Source: a virus (taxonomy: Duplodnaviria; Heunggongvirae; Uroviricota; Caudoviricetes). From it: a stretch of DNA of 64,000 bases. The notes under the pieces are model-generated. The model ran no database searches. It was not told the origin of the DNA and saw nothing but the letters and a program-made list of their open reading frames with translations. Positions 20,688 to 29,375 of this stretch are shown here, one piece after another. The stretch is from IMG/VR virus record IMGVR_UViG_3300027734_000034; one strand, 5' to 3'. Position numbers and translations under genes: made by a program. Each line of letters opens with the position of its first letter. Position 1 is the stretch's first letter.

Positions 20688-21870
20688 TTAATTTTATCAG
20701 TTCAGGGATAGTTTCCCAAGTGTTTTCATTTCTAAGTTTATCTATTTGTTTAGTTGTTTTGATGAATAAATTTAAGTCTTTGAAATTAGAAGGTTTTGAT
20801 AATTCTGCTAAAGTTTGTTTAAATTCTGAAATTATATTTGTTGAGTATTTATTGTCATATATATTTGCAAAAGATATAAGGTTATCGGTAATTGTTTTTT
20901 TAAATTCATCTGGAAGTACGCTTACGTTGTAATATGCAGGAGCTTCGATTAAATTAATATAAAAATTATTCTTTTTAATTATCTTTGAATCAGTTAGATA
21001 TGTAATAATATTAGGCAATCTACTAACATTTAATACTCCTACTGTTATTCCAATGCCAAATTTAATAAAATCAAAATTAGATAATTGTTTTAAATTAGAT
21101 TCAACACTTTTCCATACTGTTCCGTAACGAACTAATTCAGCACGATCTCCAATCTCATCAATACTTGCCCATACACTTATCTTTTCAGAATTCCACTTGC
21201 GCCAATAATCTAGTATGTCTTTTTTTCCATATGTTAACGTAGAACAGTTTGTATTGTATCGTATACGTACATCAAATTTTTTATGTTCTACTAACATATC
21301 TAATATTTGCCAATGTTCAGGCATCAATAAAGGTTCTCCGCCTGCAAAATATATTTCTTCAACATTATCAATTTGACTTTCTAAAAAATTAAAATCAATA
21401 GGAGTGTTTAATACTTTGTTTTGTTCAGATAACCATTTTAAATTAATTGCATCTTGTGTCCATGCGCTACTAAATGCAGGTCCGCAACTACGACATTTAA
21501 AATTACATAGATTGCTAAATCTAAAATCCCAATACTTCAAATGCATCGTAGAACAAGTTCCGTCAGAATTTGTTATATTAGGTATATTTTTTAAAACATC
21601 TAAATAAGATTCATTGCGAGAATAACGATTACTTTTTCCGGTAACATCTTCTTTATCAAAACATGAACTACATACAGTTGGACGAATGTTATTCATCATC
21701 TCACTTCGTAATTTCTTCATATTATCACTGTTCCATATTTCATTGATAGGTTGTGTATTAAGATCACCGGCATGGTAATGCGGTTTAATCAAACAACACG
21801 GAACTACTTTACCATTTGGTTGAAAGTTTAAATGCACCCACGGAACAACACACAATGTTTTAGAAGTCAT
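20677..21870 (-). CDS. Radical SAM protein with N-terminal SPASM/twitch-like domain
   Basis: CVVPW..PCC..CSSC; CNFKCRSC; AGGEP. Confidence 0.92.
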   Translation of the reverse strand: MTSKTLCVVPWVHLNFQPNGKVVPCCLIKPHYHAGDLNTQPINEIWNSDNMKKLRSEMMNNIRPTVCSSCFDKEDVTGKSNRYSRNESYLDVLKNIPNITNSDGTCSTMHLKYWDFRFSNLCNFKCRSCGPAFSSAWTQDAINLKWLSEQNKVLNTPIDFNFLESQIDNVEEIYFAGGEPLLMPEHWQILDMLVEHKKFDVRIRYNTNCSTLTYGKKDILDYWRKWNSEKISVWASIDEIGDRAELVRYGTVWKSVESNLKQLSNFDFIKFGIGITVGVLNVSRLPNIITYLTDSKIIKKNNFYINLIEAPAYYNVSVLPDEFKKTITDNLISFANIYDNKYSTNIISEFKQTLAELSKPSNFKDLNLFIKTTKQIDKLRNENTWETIPELIKLNDF

Positions 21871-22195
21871 TTTTTATTTCTTTAAATGAAATGTTTATAC
21901 TATCATCTCTTACATCAGACTTATCTATGTTGTCATTTATTTTGTCACTACAAAATTTAGAACAAACTGATTTTTCATTTTTCCAACTTTCTTCTATTTT
22001 TTTCATAGCTTGACTATTTTTCATTTCAGCTAAAGAATATTTTTTACCATCTAGCTGTTCATATAAAGGTCCTAAAAATTCTGTCACTTTATTAATATAT
22101 GGTTCATTTGCTATCCAGCAACATGGAAAATAGAAGCCATGAGCAGAAATATAGTCTGATGTTAATCCTTTTTTACATCTAGGATAAATTAACAT
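21860..22195 (-). CDS. Stand-alone SPASM-like Fe-S domain
   Basis: PRC..FPCCW...CSKFC; matches the C-terminus of 24765-25850. Confidence 0.7.
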   Translation of the reverse strand: MLIYPRCKKGLTSDYISAHGFYFPCCWIANEPYINKVTEFLGPLYEQLDGKKYSLAEMKNSQAMKKIEESWKNEKSVCSKFCSDKINDNIDKSDVRDDSINISFKEIKNDF

Positions 22196-22823
22196 AGCGC
22201 CTCTGTACTTCTTGCCAATCTATCGTTGGTGTTAATGGATCTTCACTTTCATATCTTACACTTTTTACAATGCTAAATTCATGGAATCCTAATTTTCTTG
22301 CTAAGTATATACCTTCGTCAATATTGTATTGATTATACTTAAATAAAATCCATTTCCAAATTATTTTAATATTAGGATTATATTCTACTAAAGTCTTAAT
22401 ACCGTTTTCAATAGTTTCCCACTTGCTATTAACTCTATATAAATGATTGTTGTTTGGTAATCCATCTATTGAAAATACAATGTTGTCACGATGGTCAAGT
22501 ATGCTTGCTGTTTCTTTCCACCAATCGATACTTCTAAATGCACCATTAGTATGCATACCTATACTCATGTGGGGATGTGCTGTTCGTATACTAGATATTA
22601 ATTCGTGAAATTTAGGGTGATATATAGGATCACCGTGATTGCCACACATGACAAACTTCTTTTTTCCCTCAGCTAATTTTACGGTAGTGTCAATATCACA
22701 ATCTTCTAATTTAATATTATCAATTGACAATGTTCGCGGGCAATGCGGACATGCTAACGTACACCTACTAGTAGGTTCTATGTGTAGTACTCTGTCATCT
22801 ATCCAAATATCTTCATTATTCAT
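22179..22823 (-). CDS. Radical SAM protein (core only)
   Basis: CTLACPHC; CGNHGDP; HTNG; FSIDGL. Confidence 0.88.
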   Translation of the reverse strand: MNNEDIWIDDRVLHIEPTSRCTLACPHCPRTLSIDNIKLEDCDIDTTVKLAEGKKKFVMCGNHGDPIYHPKFHELISSIRTAHPHMSIGMHTNGAFRSIDWWKETASILDHRDNIVFSIDGLPNNNHLYRVNSKWETIENGIKTLVEYNPNIKIIWKWILFKYNQYNIDEGIYLARKLGFHEFSIVKSVRYESEDPLTPTIDWQEVQRRYVNLS

Positions 22824-22828
22824 GCTAT

Positions 22829-24097
22829 TTAAATAACAAATTCATCTAACCATGGAAATAAAGGTTTCCAATTTAAATTTCTTCTTCTATCTATATCATC
22901 TAGTTGAATTTTTAGTTCTTTTACTAATTCAGGGCAATAAGGTTGATTATTAATAGTATCACGATATCCACTAAGTTTTTCTTTGAGATATTCAGATGGT
23001 GCAACTGCAATCATCCTGTCAAAATCTTCATCAAAAAACCCATTAGGAAATATATCGGCTCGCAAATAAGTCATATAGTCAGCAAAACTAAAAGAAATTT
23101 CAATTAGCGAAAGATCATTTGTTGTTCTGATATTGTTATAATAATTAATTTTTTCAATTAATTCTGGATATGTTTTTATAGTTAAGTTGCACATAGTAGA
23201 ATGTACTACTAATTTTATTTTAGGGTATTCTGCTATTAACGTTTTAAAATTTTCTTCCCATTGAATTAAATCTAAACCATGTCTAACATATTCTTCTTGT
23301 GGTCCCCATGCATCAATGCTACAAAATATTCTAAAAGATTTTATATGATTTTTAGTAACTAAATTTTCTACTTTATCTAATATTTTTCTAAATTTAGTAT
23401 TTGATACTTTTAAATTTGAAAAAATACTAAAAATTAATTCAGGGCATGGATTTGTTTCAAAAAATTCTATATTTTGTTCAAACTCAGGTTGAAAAAATGG
23501 CTCACCACCTAACAAATTATATTCTCTTATAGACAATGCATTTTTTTCCAACCAAGCCCAATATTTTTTTACTAATATGGGATAGTCTTTTTTTCTGTCA
23601 ATATGTTTATCTAACTCTTTTTGTGATTTTAAATTAAATTTAATATCTTCATTTTCCCATACCGTGCTATATTCTGAATTGCAATAAAGGCAAGCCATGT
23701 TACATAAATTATTGAAATATACTTCAACAATAGTTGGCGATACTTTAATAGCTTTATTATTATTTAACAATTCAACAGCAGGTTTTACATAGTGTTTGCT
23801 AGTAGGATGCACGTTTAAATTTACACTCATCCTATCACTAATGCCACCACTCTTTTCAATTTTTTCGCAATATTCACATCCTTTGCCGGGCCAACGGCCA
23901 TCTAACATATCTTTCCTGGTACTTAATTTTAAAGGAGTATTGTGAAAATCTTCAATGTTTTCAACTGTTATTTCATCGGGGTTTACTCTATGACAACTGT
24001 TTGTTTTTTTAGCATATATATTTATTGAACTCCATGAAAATTTCCACACACAAGCCGGTTCCGGCATTCCATATATATCTTTAAAATTATTTTTCAT
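22829..24097 (-). CDS. Radical SAM protein
   Basis: CVWK..SCHR..CEYC; CNMACLYC; LGGEPF. Confidence 0.9.
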   Translation of the reverse strand: MKNNFKDIYGMPEPACVWKFSWSSINIYAKKTNSCHRVNPDEITVENIEDFHNTPLKLSTRKDMLDGRWPGKGCEYCEKIEKSGGISDRMSVNLNVHPTSKHYVKPAVELLNNNKAIKVSPTIVEVYFNNLCNMACLYCNSEYSTVWENEDIKFNLKSQKELDKHIDRKKDYPILVKKYWAWLEKNALSIREYNLLGGEPFFQPEFEQNIEFFETNPCPELIFSIFSNLKVSNTKFRKILDKVENLVTKNHIKSFRIFCSIDAWGPQEEYVRHGLDLIQWEENFKTLIAEYPKIKLVVHSTMCNLTIKTYPELIEKINYYNNIRTTNDLSLIEISFSFADYMTYLRADIFPNGFFDEDFDRMIAVAPSEYLKEKLSGYRDTINNQPYCPELVKELKIQLDDIDRRRNLNWKPLFPWLDEFVI

Positions 24098-24762
24098 ATG
24101 AGTCTTCCAAATCCCCATTTTCTTTCATGGCACCACCAGCAAGTTTCACAATGTGGTGTTGACCAATCATAAGTCTTAGCTTCGCAACTTTTAGTGATTG
24201 GAAATAATGTATCCATCAAGTTAAAATGATTATATAATTCTGCTATTCCTTTTTTATCTAAATTAGCAAAAGGTCTATAACATCTAGGTCCCGGCATAAC
24301 TGATTTTATTTCTTCTGTGCGGTCTCTCCTAAAATCTCTCTCGTCTATCACAGCTTCATTAAATGAATTGCACACTTCAGGTGGTGGATTGCAATTAATA
24401 CCAGTGACATGGCAATCAATAATTTCATTTTTATACGCTCCTTCAGTCAGTATATCTTGTGCATCTTGTAATTCGGGTCCTTCCATTACAGGATCACAAT
24501 GTAAATGTTCACTAAATTTGATATCAAATTCTTTCTCACAAAATTCTATTACTCTTTTACTAAAAATAAATTGATAAGGTTTTAAAATATTGACCGCAGT
24601 TATAGGATGTATACTGATTTCTGGTCTTTCAGTTACTTTATACTTCGATAGTATATAGCAGATCATGGCGCTATCTGCGCCGCCTGAGATTTTAATTCCC
24701 ACTTTATTGAATTGTGGATCTATAGTAAAATCTATATCCTGTTGAGAATTTTTGATAAACAT
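24094..24762 (-). CDS. QueC-like PP-loop ATPase (second paralogue)
   Basis: SGGADS, PFANLDK, TKSCE, CETCWWCHER. Confidence 0.75.
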   Translation of the reverse strand: MFIKNSQQDIDFTIDPQFNKVGIKISGGADSAMICYILSKYKVTERPEISIHPITAVNILKPYQFIFSKRVIEFCEKEFDIKFSEHLHCDPVMEGPELQDAQDILTEGAYKNEIIDCHVTGINCNPPPEVCNSFNEAVIDERDFRRDRTEEIKSVMPGPRCYRPFANLDKKGIAELYNHFNLMDTLFPITKSCEAKTYDWSTPHCETCWWCHERKWGFGRLI

Positions 24763-24764
24763 GA

Positions 24765-25850
24765 TTACTTAAATTGTTCTGTGAATACATCAAACTCTGT
24801 GCCGCATTTTTGTGAACACACTTCTAATTTCCCTGCTGCTACACTAGATAATTTCCAACTTGATTCTATTTTTGAAAATAATTTACTATTGTCAATAACA
24901 TCACTCAAATCGTTGTTGATAACATCGATGCCTTTTTTACCGCCTGTATTATCAATTATGTGCCAAATTTGTTCTATTCTGTAATCTTCATGCCACCATT
25001 TATACATTCTACCTGCTGTCCAGCAGCAAGGCATAAGCAGTCCTTCGGCAGTGATAAAAATATTACCTTCTTTAACAACCTTACAATCTATTTTACAACT
25101 GTCATAGTATTTAGTCATGCTCCCGTGTTGAGCAATTAATTCTTGTTCTTTGGATAAAACACGATTTTGAAATTCTTCTTTAGGTTTTTTAAGCAATATA
25201 GTTTCCGTGCCTTTCCGATTTTGTGCTTGATGTTCTTCTTTTCCTTGATTTCTTGCAGTGCTAAAAAATCTAGCAGTTTTCTTTTTAGTAAATTTTTCAC
25301 ATCCCCACTCATTTGCTAACTTTTCGGCTTCTTCCACTTGATGTTGATTGTGTTCAAATATGATATAATCCCATCTTGCTCTGCCACCTGCATTGATAAA
25401 ACTACGCATACTGTTTTCTACTATACTCCATTTAACATTTTGGCGATATAGATGATTAGTATCTACTAACCCATCCACAGAGAATATTACAGCACCTTTG
25501 TTGTTGTATATCTTGGCTAATTCTGTCCACCAATCAGTATCTCTAGCCCCTGCGTTAGTATTCATACTGAGCCACATGTTTGCATTATGTTCTCTAAAAT
25601 ATCGAAATACTTCTAGTGTATCTCTAGCAACTATTGGATCACCTAAATTACCGCACATGTACATTGTGTCTAGCTGACTAATAAATTTTGTGGAGAATAT
25701 CTTTTTGCAATCATCTAAAGATAGTTCAGCATTGGTGATGTGTTTATTATCTTTGCCACCGTTCTCGTTGCGGTCACACATTGGACATGCTGCTTGACAT
25801 AACTGTGTTATCTCTAAATGAACTTTCTTTATATCTTTTGATTTATACAT
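24765..25850 (-). CDS. Radical SAM/SPASM protein
   Basis: CQAACPMC; CGNLGDP; PCCW...CSQKC. Confidence 0.9.
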   Translation of the reverse strand: MYKSKDIKKVHLEITQLCQAACPMCDRNENGGKDNKHITNAELSLDDCKKIFSTKFISQLDTMYMCGNLGDPIVARDTLEVFRYFREHNANMWLSMNTNAGARDTDWWTELAKIYNNKGAVIFSVDGLVDTNHLYRQNVKWSIVENSMRSFINAGGRARWDYIIFEHNQHQVEEAEKLANEWGCEKFTKKKTARFFSTARNQGKEEHQAQNRKGTETILLKKPKEEFQNRVLSKEQELIAQHGSMTKYYDSCKIDCKVVKEGNIFITAEGLLMPCCWTAGRMYKWWHEDYRIEQIWHIIDNTGGKKGIDVINNDLSDVIDNSKLFSKIESSWKLSSVAAGKLEVCSQKCGTEFDVFTEQFK

Positions 25851-26545
25851 TATTTTATGCCGATACGCATATATCGTGTGTACTTATCAAGCGCCAATTC
25901 ACCTTCATATAGCATAGTAGACATTGGAGATTGTATTCTAAATTCTTCTAAGCTATTAGAACAATTTATATGATCTTCAATCTCAACGTAGTTATTGGTT
26001 TGAAGTATAACTATCTTATTATTAGGTATGTTATTGTACCAAACATCAAAATTATGTATATGTTCACAGCTAGTATTGATGATGGTGTTTGCAGAATCAG
26101 TTAATTCTAATTTACTTCTATCATATCTATGAGTTTCATATTTAAAATTTTCATAAATTAGATTATGTATATCTACTGTAGCTGCTTTAAATTGCCAATT
26201 ATTTTTTACTTTTTCTCTGTTTATAGTTTCTGCTACTCGTTCACACAACGGATCAATGTCAAAGCTACGAATTTTATCTATTATGCAACTACTCTCAAAT
26301 AACATTGGTGCTAATGTAGCATACCAACCAGCACATAAAAATATGATACCTAAATCTAAGTTTAATTTTTCTAATTCAGATACTAACCATCGTTTACTTT
26401 TTAGTTGTCCCCAGCTTAACGCATCAGACAAGTCAGCACCCTCATTATCAACTGCATTGCATAATTGACTAAACAATTTGTTTTGAGTTAAAACAAACAT
26501 TCTTCCAAACGTATCTTTATCATCTGTCCAATTAATTGTCATCAA
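25850..26545 (-). CDS. SAM-dependent methyltransferase-like protein
   Basis: LCAGWYA, SFDIDP, IINTSCEH. Confidence 0.6.
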   Translation of the reverse strand: MMTINWTDDKDTFGRMFVLTQNKLFSQLCNAVDNEGADLSDALSWGQLKSKRWLVSELEKLNLDLGIIFLCAGWYATLAPMLFESSCIIDKIRSFDIDPLCERVAETINREKVKNNWQFKAATVDIHNLIYENFKYETHRYDRSKLELTDSANTIINTSCEHIHNFDVWYNNIPNNKIVILQTNNYVEIEDHINCSNSLEEFRIQSPMSTMLYEGELALDKYTRYMRIGIK

Positions 26546-28118
26546 ATTTCTCCTTTAACCAATCAAAGTTATTAATCTTTGATAGTGCTAGTAAATGGCC
26601 TTTATTTAATGTTCCGTATGATCTGCCTTGAATTGCACCAGCAATCGCATATTTACCATATGGTCTATCAGCACCCACTGTACACCATGTTTCCAATCTA
26701 TTAAATGTTTCCTCATCGTTCTGTCTGTCAATGACTTTACTTGCTAGTTTGCAACATTCTCTAAATGCACTACGCCAAGCACTAAATGCGTCAGTATTGA
26801 AATTTGTTATGTTGCTAACTTCAAATACGGGCTTGTACTTAGTGCTGATACTGGTGGTCATGTCAGGCTTACTCAAGTCCATGTTGATTGTTAACTCTCT
26901 AGGGAATAACTTGATGCCACCAAATCCATACTCTAAGTCATTGACTGGATTCTTACTGCGCCAAACATAAACCCAGTCCATCTTGTCTGGATGAACGATA
27001 TAGTCAAAATTAAAATTCTTGTTTATTACGGCATCACCATCTACTATCCAAACCATCTTAGTGTTGGCTAACTTAGCAGCAGTAATATGTGCATTATGTA
27101 TACCTTTAACACCGTCAACTCTTTTTGCTCTTGGGAATCTACGCTTAAGATTAGTCCAATTCTCCTCAGCATTAGGTTCATTGTATGTTACCATAATAAT
27201 ATCATATTCATACTCATTAATAGTATCAACTGAGTGTATCGTTTTGGGTTGTCTATCGGGGTTGAATTCTAAAGTTTTAATGAATTTGCTTTGTTCACTA
27301 GTAAATGGTTCACATATTGGGATAATGCTACCTAAAGTTTTGCATTCGTTTACTGCATCTAACACTGACATTTTTTCTACCGTAGATTTATACAAATCAT
27401 TTAAATAATCAAAATCTCTTACTTGAGTAAAATCCCAATTTGTATATTGTGTTTTATAACATCCTTGTCTAGCACCTAATATAGCCCATATGCCATTATT
27501 AACCTCTATTCCAGTAGTCATCCAAATTTTTAGTCTATTTAAATTACCTATGTTTAAGTCTGCTAATTCATCGACTTTAATTCCGTTATGCAAGCACATC
27601 TTTACCCCTTCACGGAATCCAGCACGCCATGCTTGCAACTGGCTAGTATTATTGTGTATTATAGAATATGACTTATCTATTGCCATATAATTTAATGCCC
27701 AACAAAAATCTACTTGAGTCATGGGATCATTTAGATCCGCTGCCTCATGTGTTTTCATATCAAGCATTGCTTGTACAGGCCAACATTTGATTCCCCCGTT
27801 GCCGTACAATAAACCGTTGATGATATTCTTACTGGGCCAACTAAAGACTGTTTTACTGTCATCGATTGAATCATCTAACACTAGTGTCTGATGTAGATAT
27901 TTGTGGTCAATAACCGCATCGCCGTCAATGACTGATACTCGTGGGGTAGTTGCTAATTTTGCAACCGCTTTGTGTGCAGCGTCACTACCTTTAACTCCAT
28001 GAACCCTTTTGGCATAAGGAATTTTTGTTAACAAATCTTCCCAATTTGCTTGTGCATTTGGCTCATCATAGCTAAGATAGACAACATCGTATTCGTAGAT
28101 TTTAAATTCTTTACTCAT
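26532..28118 (-). CDS. Tandem-duplicated GT-A (family 2-like) glycosyltransferase
   Basis: Two repeats of YD...Y.EPNA..NW..L....P.AKRV.GVKG...AH...DGD...YG.GGIK...AWR..FRE. Confidence 0.75.
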   Translation of the reverse strand: MSKEFKIYEYDVVYLSYDEPNAQANWEDLLTKIPYAKRVHGVKGSDAAHKAVAKLATTPRVSVIDGDAVIDHKYLHQTLVLDDSIDDSKTVFSWPSKNIINGLLYGNGGIKCWPVQAMLDMKTHEAADLNDPMTQVDFCWALNYMAIDKSYSIIHNNTSQLQAWRAGFREGVKMCLHNGIKVDELADLNIGNLNRLKIWMTTGIEVNNGIWAILGARQGCYKTQYTNWDFTQVRDFDYLNDLYKSTVEKMSVLDAVNECKTLGSIIPICEPFTSEQSKFIKTLEFNPDRQPKTIHSVDTINEYEYDIIMVTYNEPNAEENWTNLKRRFPRAKRVDGVKGIHNAHITAAKLANTKMVWIVDGDAVINKNFNFDYIVHPDKMDWVYVWRSKNPVNDLEYGFGGIKLFPRELTINMDLSKPDMTTSISTKYKPVFEVSNITNFNTDAFSAWRSAFRECCKLASKVIDRQNDEETFNRLETWCTVGADRPYGKYAIAGAIQGRSYGTLNKGHLLALSKINNFDWLKEKFDDN

Positions 28119-28177
28119 ACGAATATTTAATATAAATAAAGGATGATGCGTAATTTGTGTTTTGGGTAAATTGAAGG

Positions 28178-28206
28178 TTGACTTCTATTCAGAACTACTA
28201 TATAAT
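28178..28206 (+). promoter_or_regulatory. sigma70-type promoter upstream of the leader ORF and tRNA array
   Basis: TTGACT-N17-TATAAT; a TATAAATA late motif also lies at 28131-28138. Confidence 0.75.
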
Positions 28207-28273
28207 ACACACATAAACGCAAAAAACACTATGTAATTTGCAGTTATTTTTAACCAGGACTAAATAGAATACT

Positions 28274-28408
28274 ATGATGAATAAAACTTGTTACATGCCG
28301 AAACATACGGGGCTATGGTCTATAGAGACCTTAGCGGCCTTTGCGGTATCATATCCTACAAGTATTCGCGGGAATGATAACCAAAGAGGAGCCCGGGGAG
28401 AGGAATAA
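28274..28408 (+). CDS. Candidate attenuator leader peptide MMNKTCYMPKHTGLWSIETLAAFAVSYPTSIRGNDNQRGARGEE
   Basis: 44 codons, all 20 amino acids, 35 distinct codons; ATG 7 nt after CTAAATA; 3' end complementary to the terminator 5' arm. Confidence 0.6.
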   Translation: MMNKTCYMPKHTGLWSIETLAAFAVSYPTSIRGNDNQRGARGEE

Positions 28409-28435
28409 CTAGTTACATCATAACAAAATTTATTC

Positions 28436-28470
28436 AACCCCTGGGAAACTAAAAAGTCTCAGGGGTTTTT
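28436..28470 (+). terminator. Intrinsic terminator, putative attenuator
   Basis: AACCCCTGGGA / TCTCAGGGGTT stem followed by a T run. Confidence 0.75.
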
Positions 28471-28495
28471 CGTTGTATAAAAACAACAAACAGAG

Positions 28496-28524
28496 TTTAC
28501 AGTAAATGGATACTCTGATATACT
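28496..28524 (+). promoter_or_regulatory. sigma70-type promoter
   Basis: TTTACA-N17-TATACT with the TAAATGG spacer shared by other promoters. Confidence 0.55.
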
Positions 28525-28778
28525 AAGGGTTAATTAAGAAGCAACTACAAAGTTGCGTAGTGGAGAGTTAGATAGTGTGTATAGGTAACGAGGACCTAGT
28601 CTGCACTTAAAACATGGACGAACGGGCGGCCTAGAGGATGAAGTCTCTTTTGTGAGATGAAAAATTCTAGCGTATTGAAACATATTAAAACACGCCCCTA
28701 GTAGCAGTAGCGAATCAAGGGTGTAATGTTGAGTGTGTTTCAATACACACATTCGCAAGAGTGTGTTAACAAACATGT

Positions 28779-28854
28779 TGGGGTGTCGCCTAGTGGCCTA
28801 AGGCAACGGTCTTTGAAATCGTCATCATGGGTTCGAATCCCATCTCCCCTGCCA
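28779..28854 (+). tRNA. tRNA-Gln(TTG)
   Basis: Cloverleaf; anticodon loop CTTTGAA; CCA encoded. Confidence 0.88.
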
Positions 28855-28861
28855 AATTTAT

Positions 28862-28940
28862 TCCGTAGAATCCGAGCATGGTGCACGGACTTGACTGTTA
28901 ATCAATGACTAGCTGGGATCATTACCCAGATACGGAGCCA
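28862..28940 (+). tRNA. tRNA-Asn(GTT), atypical T-loop
   Basis: Loop CTGTTAA; T-loop ATCATTA; CCA. Confidence 0.8.
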
Positions 28941-28946
28941 ATTTTA

Positions 28947-29020
28947 GCCCTTTTCGTATAACGGTATTACGCCTGTTTTGTAATCAGGATACGGCAGTTC
29001 AATTCTGTCATGGGGCACCA
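28947..29020 (+). tRNA. tRNA-Thr(TGT)
   Basis: Loop TTTGTAA; CCA. Confidence 0.85.
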
Positions 29021-29025
29021 GTTTT

Positions 29026-29084
29026 AGGATAGCAACAGCAAATCAAAAAAACTTTCAACGTTTATGAAAAAAAATGCTATCCTG
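29026..29084 (+). ncRNA. Repeated stem RNA, family A copy 1
   Basis: AGGATAGCA-ACAGCAA...TGCTATCCTG. Confidence 0.6.
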
Positions 29085-29093
29085 TTTTATTAT

Positions 29094-29167
29094 GCGTGGT
29101 TAGTTTAACGGAAAAATCAGTGGTTGCCAACTACTAGTCAAGGGTTCGACTCCCTTACCCCGCACCA
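29094..29167 (+). tRNA. tRNA-Gly(GCC)
   Basis: Loop TTGCCAA; CCA. Confidence 0.85.
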
Positions 29168-29174
29168 ATTTTAT

Positions 29175-29249
29175 GCCTGGTTAGTTCAGCGGAAGAACGT
29201 CTGCCCGATTAGCGGAATGTCGTAGGTTCGACTCCTACACTAGGTACCA
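29175..29249 (+). tRNA. tRNA-Ile(GAT), non-canonical C33/U37
   Basis: Stem TCTGC/GCGGA, loop CCGATTA; CCA. Confidence 0.78.
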
Positions 29250-29254
29250 GTTTA

Positions 29255-29366
29255 AGGATAGGTTCAGCAAATAATTTAACTACTACTCTGTAAAAGTAAA
29301 GGAACGGTTCGACTCCGTAGCCGCAAGGTTTGGTGTAACGGTAGCACTATGTTAAAAACTATCCTG
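29255..29366 (+). ncRNA. Family A copy 2, carrying a circularly permuted tRNA-Tyr mimic (YrlA-like)
   Basis: Inside the AGGATAG/CTATCCT stem: anticodon arm (CTGTAAA), T arm (TTCGACT), GCAA-capped acceptor, D arm (GTGT-AACGGTA-GCAC). Confidence 0.7.
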
Positions 29367-29375
29367 TTATTTTAT

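Noticed and set aside
11502-25850. RiPP (ranthipeptide/sactipeptide) cluster, or specific gene names such as moaA, queE or pqqE
   Set aside because: No precursor peptide, RRE domain or exporter is visible, and the motifs do not allow a specific assignment.
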